A stretch of 64,000 nucleotides of DNA. Origin: Schmidtea polychroa (taxonomy: Eukaryota). Where the stretch lies: assembly GCA_044892525.1 (NCBI GenBank), contig CM097885.1:2668001-2732000 (forward strand), read 5' to 3'. The notes beneath the pieces are model-generated. The model did not search any database, was not told the origin of the DNA, and worked only from the letters and a program-made list of their open reading frames with translations. Positions 45,700 to 64,000 of the stretch are shown here, piece after piece. The first letter of the stretch is position 1. Each line of letters starts with the position of its first letter. Position numbers and translations under genes: made by a program.

Positions 45700-46400
45700 G
45701 CACGGCACCTGATAGAGAAAAGAGAAGAATTGAAAAGAGAAGAAGAAAACCGAGAAATCAATCAAGATTGGAAAGAGTCGTTTGCACTCATATGAAACAC
45801 AGATGACCTTCCAACTTCCTCACTTGCCACGAAAATCTCGCACACAATAAGTTAAATTTGGAGACACTTCACTTCAAAACATATCCAGTTTGCTGGTAAA
45901 TATCAAACGAAAGACACGAAAAAAGCATATGAACATCTTAAAGAAAACAACAACAACCTAGCTTTGCAGTGTCATTAGAAATTGCAAAAAGAGGAAAACA
46001 ATTCACAGATGGTGAGTACGTCAAAAATTGTTTTATACGGGCATCTAAAAAACTGTTTCATAATTCAAAAAAAAATCTGAAATCATAAAATAAAATCACT
46101 GTTTTGCCTATATCTGTTAATACAGTACTAGATAAAATTACTAAAATTTCTTCAAATGTAGGACATCTGCAAGTGAAAGACATTCAACTACCTTCTTCCC
46201 TATCACTTGCTATGGAGGAGTCTCGCGACATGAAAGATATGGCACAAGTTACCCTTTTTTTCAGGTATATTTCGTTCCCATGTCCAAAAGAAAAACTGTT
46301 AAGATTGCTACCCGTCTCATGGCAAACTCGTGAAGAAGAAATAGAAAATGTTCTGCAAGAATGTCTGGAAGACAGAGGAATAAATTCCTCAATTAACTGA
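45700..46400 (+). pseudogene. Degenerate hAT transposase fragment (GTF2IRD2/Charlie-like)
   Basis: SLAMEESRDMKDMAQVTLFFRY matches the hAT S-L-A-x-D-E-S-T-D…A-Q-L-x-I-F-V-R-Y block. Upstream EIAKRGKQFTDGEYVKNCF. Multiple frameshifts and stops. Confidence 0.8.
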
Positions 46401-47394
46401 TAGAGTGTTGTTTCCGAGGAAGTAAGACGTTCTATCGGCCGTCCAGAATTTCAGATGAATATTAGGTAAAGAGTAGTCTTGGCAACAAAGTCTACACATA
46501 CCCACTGTATGCAGTACTAACATGGACTGTCATCACGGGTAACCTGAGGGTTAGTTTTCAATATTCATGTTGTTCTCTGTCAATGGATCACCTCGGTTTT
46601 CCCCATAGACGTTTCACCGATCCTATTCTCAGTACGACATCTGCTATACGAAATCAGATTGCTGCCACTATTAAGATTCTCATAATAGATGGGGCATCTA
46701 TTATGCGGTGACATATGCACAGAGCAAATATGATTTTAGCTGATAAAATTTGATTTGTCTTCGTTTTGTACTGAAAATATTTTATTTAGAATGATTTTTT
46801 ATAATATCCTATATATACTGTATATACTACAACTAATGCACTTGGAAATTTAATTAAAAAGTTTGTATTTTGTATTATTCCAGATATTATTAAAATTTGT
46901 TTCGATTTTCATCTGTGATTTGTTTTCAATTGGCATTGTATTTATAAAAAAATTGATCATGAATCAGTAAATATGTCGAAATATTTTCTATTCACTTATT
47001 GTAGAAACAGCCTTTTTCAAGTAATTTTTCCAGATAGCATAGATATTACTGTTTAAAAATTATATTTTAGAAATGATTTAATTCAAAATAAATATGTTTT
47101 TAAAGTTATCAAATCTTCTAACAAATAAATCTATTCTTATCATTTGAAATTTAATTAATTTCCTTTTAATTGAAAAGTAAGATTATTAATAAATTTTATT
47201 AATAAATGTTAATAAATTTTCATTATTGAAAATGTTGACCTTGAATATCGTTTAAACGAATAAAAGTTTTATTTACTTCTTACATAAAGTTTTAAATAAA
47301 CATTGAAATAAATTTAATCATTTATCGTCAGAGTAAAAAGAAATTGTCTAATATCGAAGTTCCAGCGATTAATTAGCCACATTTCAGATGTAGA

Positions 47395-56051
<8,657 letters not shown>

Positions 56052-56238
56052 TATCATTGACAAAGATGTTATGATGAATAAAAATAAAGAGATCCCGTAA
56101 ATGGTTTTTAATCATATTAAATATTATTAATATTAACCCTATCTAATTCCGATTCATTAACCAATTCCACAAACTATCCCCCCTGACGAGTATTAAACGT
56201 TCCATATCTGTATTACAGTATTATAACCGATCATTTAA

Positions 56239-56592
56239 CCTTCACCCGTCCCTCAAATTCACTGTACACTAAAGTCCCTCGGGTCTTTTTTGACCCAAGT
56301 AGAAATTTTTGACTTAAAAGAAACCAAATGCAAATGATTAAATTAAATTTATTAGTATGGGTAATATTGACTGTTTAGGAATAATAAAGAGCGATTTATG
56401 TGTTAATTAATTATTTATTACATACATTATGGGAATGCGCCTTACAAATAAATCTTTTACAATATTTACATTCTAATGCATTTTTATTGTCCGATTTTGG
56501 GCAAATGTCACATCTACCTCTTTTTTGAGATAAAATATATTTGCAAAACCAAAAAGTTTCGAGCCGAAAAAGACCCGAGGGATGAATAAAGG
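56239..56592 (-). mobile_element. Internally deleted piggyBac-like element (354 bp) retaining the C-terminal Cys-rich domain
   Basis: TTAA at 56235-38 and 56593-96. Imperfect TIRs CCTT…TCCCTC / GAGGGA…AAGG with inner CCCTCGGGTCTTTTT / AAAAAGACCCGAGGG. The minus frame reads KRGRCDICPKSDNKNALECKYCKRFICKAH. Confidence 0.8.
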
Positions 56593-57196
56593 TTAAATGA
56601 TGTGATATGAGATTATTATTAATTAAATTAATCAACAATTTCATTAATAATTGTGTGAATGTGTGTGCAGTTTGAATAAATTTGATTGGTTAAATCATTT
56701 ATTTCATTTTCATCATATTTCTCAATTGCAATGATAACAAATAAACAATTTTCATAACCGTTTAATAAACATTTTGATCTACAAGAAAACCAAACCAATT
56801 TAAAGGGCAAACACAATAGGAAACAATCAGAATATTTATTCCTCAAAAAATATTGGTTGCAAACTTTTCTCCGCTCGATCAAGGAGGTAAACTCGAATCT
56901 CGTAAAGCATATTTTGAAATTTCCCGAGAAATGCCACATTAATAAATTGGACATGGGAAATGCAGCTGAAAGATTCTCGAGACAAATTTAACAATTTCAA
57001 TCCTGCGTTACCATAGAAATAAATTAGAGCAACACCATAATTATTCCAAACCATATTTGGACGAATTGATACATTCATATATGAAAATGGCCAATAACGA
57101 GTCACAGGGCCTGATGATGGAGCTATTATTAAGCTTGGCAAGATTGATTGCCAGCTGGAGTCTGGAGATATTATCCGATGTAACCATTAGCAAATG

Positions 57197-57363
<167 letters not shown>

Positions 57364-58159
57364 CAAGCAAGAGCAATTATTTGACCCCCTTCCTATGGAA
57401 GTTTCCAAGCGCCAAATATGCCGGTAGTAACGAATGCGTGAGGAAGAGCGATAACTCATAAATTTATAAAATTTTGTTGATCGTAACCAAGACAACGTAT
57501 TCTTTCCAAAAAGAAAATTTTTCAAACATTTACCTTCGATATTGTAATCAAGTTCTCACTAATTTATATCAATATTTATATAGAGCCAAAACACTGGCTT
57601 CTCTGAATTTGTATAATATTTATTCATTTAATTGAGCATTAAAACAAAAGTGCAATTGATTTGCACAGCACCATGCATTCCATGGGTATCCATCAACTCT
57701 ACCTGGGCATAAATATGCATATGTTTGCGCGCCACGACACATTCCTACTGTTACTAGGTGGCAATATGTGACAGATGTTACGATGTAACTTGTTATAGGG
57801 CAAATTCATTTTATAGGATGAAATATTGTCTCGCATTCCGCATCATATGGTGATGAGGTTTTATAATATTTCGGTTTGTGAAATATCTAGATGTGATGTA
57901 TTGTGATCATAAACAATTTGGCCACGTTCACACAATAATCAGGCTATATAGATCGTTAACAACCGTTGCTAAGTGCTAATTAAAAATGCATGAAATTTAT
58001 CCCCAGACAGGCAAATAAGCATTCAATACATGAACAACAAGATAAATAATTATCTCCAATATCTACACACATTTGTAACAGTGAAAGAGCAAATAAGCAA
58101 GAAGGCGAATGGAGAAGTGGAATTCCCGCAACATGAAGGATAGTAAAAAGGAAACTTAC

Positions 58160-61100
58160 AAAACGGATAGAGCCGATTGAGAGAAAACAGATCTGGTTTC
58201 TATTGTAGCTTTGCGGCCAATCATGTAATAGATCCGTAGCAGTAATTCAGCCTCGCAACACCACTTAGTAATGGCGATTCGAGACGCATTCAGCAGGAAC
58301 TGAAATAAGATTATGTTAAGCAATTCAATGTAATAACATGGACAATCATAAATAACTCAATGATGAGTGTTCCTCACTGTATTGTCCCCCAATAGGGATA
58401 TAGATAAGTGCAAACCATTCACATCCTCAAATCTAATTCTTCATGCTCTTCATCAAAATGATGACTTAATACAACAACTGTTATTATTATTACTTATTAC
58501 TTTACTATTTCAAGCGTTTACAACTTATATGCTTGATAATAGGACTAGATATCCCAATGGTATCCCAACCTTTATTTGATAATGGCTTTTCTCTTTCTAT
58601 TTCTTTTCTCAGAAACTTGTTTTCTCTTTTTATCTCCTACTGCAATGGGACTGACTGATTTGTTTGGTATTTATAAAGGGCTCTCTGCTCATCATTTGTG
58701 ACTAAATATTATTAAAGTGGCAAGCTGATATTTTCCTAATGTTTTTGCCTTTCTTAATTAATTAATATTTCCTATATACCTTTGTTAGGGACCCCAAATC
58801 GATTAATATTGCTATATCTGTGTTGCCCTCATCACATGTCATCAGATTATTAATTAATTTGACAACTTAAATTATTATTTTTTGAAATCTGTTAAATGGT
58901 TTTTACTATTCTCTAAACCAGTGGTTCTCAATTAATATAAAGTGCGGAACACCATTCACACGATTCATTTAAGCGGAACACAAAAAATACTTGCTCACAA
59001 TGAGTAACCAATCACAAATTACTATAAATCTGTCTTAAACGTAAACAATGCCTTCTTATAAGCAAAGAAAATACCACGCGCAACAATAACAAGCAATAAA
59101 AAGAAATTTATATATGTATGTTTATATATCTGTGCAACGGCTTTCTTATTGAATCATCTTATTAAAAAATTAATTGAGGTTTTTGATGATATGTATCTGA
59201 AATGCAAATTTAAAGATAAAATGTCATTTTTTTCGCGGAACACTGGAAGCGTAATCGCGGAACACAGGTTGAGAACCAATGCTCTACACAGACTTCCTTA
59301 CATTTGGACCTTGTTTTATAGAGATCTAGACAGCTGCAATAGACACAGTGATTGATCGATACGGGAAAAAGAGAACATCTGGAACAACCACAAGCGCATT
59401 CAATTGATACAAGCAAAAGAAATACCGAATTATACAGCTGATGATATTCATCGCCATCAGGACGAGAGGAGCTCATATAATTATCTAATAAGCTGAAACT
59501 CATCGGTGCCTCCCAGGCTGGCACATTTGGCTCCTCTGCAACATAGAACAAGTCGAAGGCCCTAAACAGACGAATGAAATAACAAATAATCAACGAAATA
59601 ACATTGACAAACTCGACCAATGAACGCAGGTTACTTGACAACTTGCCTTCGATTACATTTCCAGCTTTTGCGTCAGAATCAATAATCGCCCAGATCTTGC
59701 ATAGCAACGGCTGCTGACAAATAGACATGCCTTCTCTAACAACCGGTTGCACGAGTCGAGTCTGTAGCACTGGAACCGAGATCGATAGAAAATATTGATA
59801 ATTATTCCGTTACCTTTGCTGAGCTGTGCCACCTCCCGGGCTGGCAGGGTCAGTAGATTTGTAATGTGCACAATATGGCTTCCAGGTCCTAGCAACGCAC
59901 CGACTGAAAGAACAAAAAAAATTCACACACACACTCACCCACACATATATATACAATCGAGTGCCAGGAACTTGTCACCACTGCAAACCCTGCCCACGAG
60001 TAGATCCTGGCTACCGTGCCGATGGAAGGACCGAGTGTAGTTGCTAGCCGTGCTAATGATTTTCCCGACAATACCTGTGTCATGCGCAGCTACGACCAAT
60101 GAGATTGGTCTGTATCGCATATCCTCAGCCGTTAGATATTTCCGATTGCCACTGACCTCTATTTGATGCTTAATGTGAATAAAGGGCTAATTTTGTTGAT
60201 GGGATTCGGAGTTTCCAGCCAGTGCCGTAATGCGGGACACAATTGGAACCACAACAAGCCTAGTGGGACACAATATAGCATCCCGCTCCATAGATTCAAA
60301 CAGTAGCCTGTGCACCAGAAACACAGATATTACGGCACCACATTTCCTCGCAATTGAAACAATGCCAATCCCAATAAACTCAGTTACCAAGGAGATTCTG
60401 ATGCGCCACACCCATACATTACTCACACGCTACACCGATAAATCACACCTACACACAGGTTACACTCACACACACCATTCATTACACACACATATTACAC
60501 CCATACATTACACCTATACATCATACCCGCACCCACTCACACACCCATTCATTACACACACACACCCATTCATTACACCTATACATCATACCCGCACTCA
60601 CTCACACACCCATTCATTACACCTATACATCATACCCGCACCCACTCACACACCCATTCATTACACCTATACATCATACCCGCACCCACTCACACACCCA
60701 TTCATTACACACACACACTCACTCACTCACACACCCATTCATTACACCTATACATCATACCCGCACTCACTCACACACCCATTCATTACACACACCCATA
60801 CATTACACCTATACATCATACCCGCACCCACTCACACACCCATTCATTACACACACCCATTCATTACACACATACACTCACACACACACACATTCATTAC
60901 ACCTATACATCATACCCGCACTCACTCACACACCCATTCATTACACACACACACACACTCACACACCCATTCATTACACCTATACATCATACCCGCACTC
61001 ACTCACACACCCATTCATTACACACACACACACACACTCACTCACTCACACACCCATTCATTACACCTATACATCATACCCGCACTCACTCACACACCCA

Positions 61101-62944
61101 TTCATTACACACACACACACACTCACTCACTCACTCACACACCCATTCATTACACCTATACATCATACCCGCACCCACTCACACACCCATTCATTACACC
61201 TATACATCATACCCGCACCCACTCACACACCCATTCATTACACCTATACATCATACCCGCACTCACTCACACACCCATACATTACACCTATACATCATGC
61301 CCACACCCACTCACACACCCATTCATTACACACACACACACACACACACTCACACACCATACATCACACATATCCATACATTACATCCAACAAGCGGGAA
61401 ATAAAGAGTAGCCAATAGAAAATACCTCGCCTGTATTGGAGAGCAATAGCAACATCAATAAGAGCTTCAAAAGGAAAAAGGAACCGGCAATAGAAACCTC
61501 ATCTAAATATCAAAGAACGTGACTCAATGCTCAATGTTATCAAAGGAATTATAACGGTACCAGCGAACATGAAAGCCATCATGAAACAGGGCCCGAATTC
61601 ATAACTAGATATATCTGCAAATGAACAATATATATCCAATTGAACCTGATGAAAGATCATCAATATTTACCTGTTGGCATCTTATGCCAGATCTTCATCC
61701 ATGACAAATGCTCGACACTGGAACCTGACGGATCGGGCACCATCACATTACAAATCTACACATCATCATCACTCAATACAATACAGCACATTATTGGTAA
61801 CAATATCGATACCTCAACCCCATATCTCAGATTGGTCAATGATCCCTTAGTCATGAGATATCCAATGAAATAGAGATCCTTCCCGATCTCAATCCATTTA
61901 CATAGATCGCCTGAACATGTGGAACATATGAGAATTTCCTAATGCAAATTTCACCTCTAGCGATGCATGAGATCGCTCGATTTATCCGGCTGCGTTTCCG
62001 CTGCCTGCTCGAAGGTAATATTACAGAAAATTCCAGGATTTCTATAATTGGATGATCAAGTTCCATTTACATGTGTCACAAATACCATGGAATACTCTTT
62101 CATTCATATCCTCTTCATATCCCATTCCACAGATGCAACTCTCCTGCCTATATTAATTGTTATCAACTATAGCAACCATGACTGACCCTAGGTCACTCTA
62201 GATCAGGGGTTTGCAACCAGCAGCCCGCCTGCTGACAATTACATCAAGTCCAGAAAGTAAATAGATGTGAGGCCGTCATATATACATCATTTACACCAGG
62301 AAATGGAGGTCATATATAGAAGTGTGGGATAACAAAGAAATGATGTGAATGAGTGCAAGACAAGGATCAGGAAACATGTGAAATGTTATGGCAAAGAAAT
62401 GGAATTATTCAATAGGAAATAAAATTATTGTTGAGGGACAGAGGGAGAAACAGATGAATGCAAATGTTATGATAACGATCAAGAAGAAATTTCCGAAATT
62501 TGACCGAGGAACCGAACAATAACTGAATAATAATTGTATATATGGTAAACTTCACCTGGAGCTGTTCGAGGCAGCCGGGAATTCAGGATAAAACACGTCA
62601 ATAAAGTACTGAGGACGGTTTGGGCACAATTTGTCAGTACAGCGATAGGAACAACTTCTTGAGAATTTGGACCCGGAATTGATGGCGACTATCAAACCGC
62701 TGAAGGTTACGATTTTGTTGTTTAGTGATGCCATTTGCGTCCCGTTCACGAGGAGCATTCTGAAAGGGATTTGCAAGTGATAACAATAGCTGCTACACAA
62801 GTACAAATACTGGATAATTAGAAGGTATCAGGTGAAGAAGTTGGTTGTTAGATGGAGTGTCATTGTGTGAATCACTGTGGAGTGTCTTACTGACCAAGTT
62901 AATTGTGAGGCTACAGCGGCATAATAGGTGTTGGTGAATTTCGT
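58160..62944 (-). CDS. MCMDC2: MCMDC2-like (atypical MCM, meiotic recombination) multi-exon gene; both ends unresolved
   Basis: Exon 62809-62556 FSGLIVAINSGSKFSRSCSYRCTDKLCP (OB/Zn finger). ~61450-61610 AFMFAG…GSFFLLKLLLMLLL. ~59815-59910 VGALLGPGSHIVHITNL. Exon 58299-58160 FLLNASRI…EAELLLRIYYMIGRK…SQSALSVL. These are colinear with the MCMDC2 blocks as I recall them. Confidence 0.7.
58919..59281. mobile_element. Non-autonomous hAT (Charlie-like) MITE
   Basis: TIR CAGTGGTTCTCAA … TTGAGAACCAATG. 8-bp flanks ctctaaac / ctctacac (7/8 match). Internal GCGGAACAC repeats. Confidence 0.85.
60465..61360. repeat. CA-rich ~46-bp minisatellite (cattcattacacctatacatcatacccgcacccactcacacacc) in an MCMDC2-like intron
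   Basis: Directly visible; it explains the His/Thr-rich ORF. Confidence 0.92.
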
Positions 62945-63190
62945 CTAAGTTAATTTCGTTGTCAGGTGGATGTTACTTGGTTTTTTTTTAAATTTTTTCT
63001 TGATTTATCTGTAGTGATGGTCTTTTGAGGAGGTAATGTAAGGATTGGATGTAAGATGGCAATATGATCTTGTACTTTAATAAGTGGTATGACGGTCAGT
63101 TTTTTTTTATTTCCGGGTATGCTTATTCCCATCTGAAGGTGGTATGTTCAGTGATGGTTTTAGTTTTGTGAAATTTTTGCAAATGTCCAT

Positions 63191-63877
63191 TCAGTTGTAG
63201 CCATCCAAGTGGTCCGAGATTTGTGCGTGAGCATTTGAATTGCGGCAGTGGATGAAACCATCAAAACTAAGAACAAAGATGGGTTCTTTTGAACAGAGAA
63301 AAAGCAAATTGTTTGCATTTGAGGTGGAAGAGGTGTTTGTCTCATTGGGGATTGGGGATTCGATGAATCGAAGATTTTGCTGAGTTTCCAGCGAGGTGAT
63401 CAGAGTCTTGAGAAGCTTGTTATTCGGAAGAGGGATTTTCTTGGGGAGGTTGAGAAGATGGATGAGAGTTTGAAGGGCTTTATCGCTGAGAGAGGTCTGG
63501 AGAGGTGTTGCGCTGTTAATTAATTTTTTGTGGGTGTGTAGGTGAGTTAAGTAGAATAGGGTGAAATTCATAATAGGCGTAAAATGTTTAGTCCCTGATA
63601 GCATATCAATGGAGATATCTTCTAGGGAACTTTCAAAAGAGGAGGTGGTTTCATAAAGATTCGTGGAGAAGTCAAGTATAAGTTGTTGTGCGTCGTATGA
63701 TTGGGTGGATGGTAAAGATATGGATTCAGTTATGGGAGATGTGTGTGATTGTGAATCTATTGCAGAAGGCAAATGGTTAAAAGTGAGATATGTTAGAGAG
63801 TCAGGGTTGGTGATGCTTATGGGTAATTTGTGTGTGGGGGATGATTGTGAAAAAGCTGATAGTATGATGTCAAACAT
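63191..63877 (-). other. Unidentified 228-aa ORF, possibly a retroelement remnant
   Basis: Long open frame with strand skew but no motif I recognise. Confidence 0.25.
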
Positions 63878-64000
63878 ATGAGTGGGTTTGACATTATATT
63901 TGCTGTAAAAAGTATTACTTGTTGTATTAGGGTTGGTTTATCGTGTATTTTACTTATTTCCTCTGGTTGATATAGTTAGGCTGATTTCTATTATTTTTGG

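Noticed and set aside
60230..61411. 393-aa His/Thr-rich ORF (also 52264..52938 and 47815..48399)
   Set aside because: Stop-free frames produced by minisatellites lying in introns.
62204..62235. hAT-like terminus CAGGGGTTTGCAACC after ctctagat
   Set aside because: No matching second end or target duplication found nearby.

Overview
Very AT-rich animal genomic DNA with many short (~43-60 bp) introns and kilobase-scale (AAT)n/(TA)n microsatellite expansions. Positions 1-14.6 kb are virus-like. They hold two divergent Polinton/Maverick-type protein-primed DNA polymerase B (pPolB) genes arranged tail-to-tail (A: ~3965-7748 +, B: 13878-9560 -). The 5' part of pPolB-A and its upstream region are duplicated as a large inverted repeat (1-1845 mirrors 2988-4832) around a ~1.1 kb repeat- and hairpin-rich spacer. 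I see no capsid, integrase, packaging ATPase or adenain protease ORF in the window. Upstream of pPolB-B are an ~80-nt Pol III-like unit (A box, B box, T8) and a ~370-nt densely base-paired region. The rest is host DNA: a 13-exon LAP (LRR-LAPSD-PDZ, Erbin/LET-413-like) gene, an ENTPD4/7-like apyrase, an R7-family RGS gene and an MCMDC2-like gene on the minus strand. Their introns and flanks carry an intact DD34E Tc1/IS630-like transposon nested in a Helitron Rep remnant, two Penelope GIY-YIG fragments (one followed by a minimal hammerhead), hAT and piggyBac derivatives, minisatellites and an in-frame SNF8-PSMA6 chimeric ORF. All assignments come from motif recognition by eye; no searches were run.
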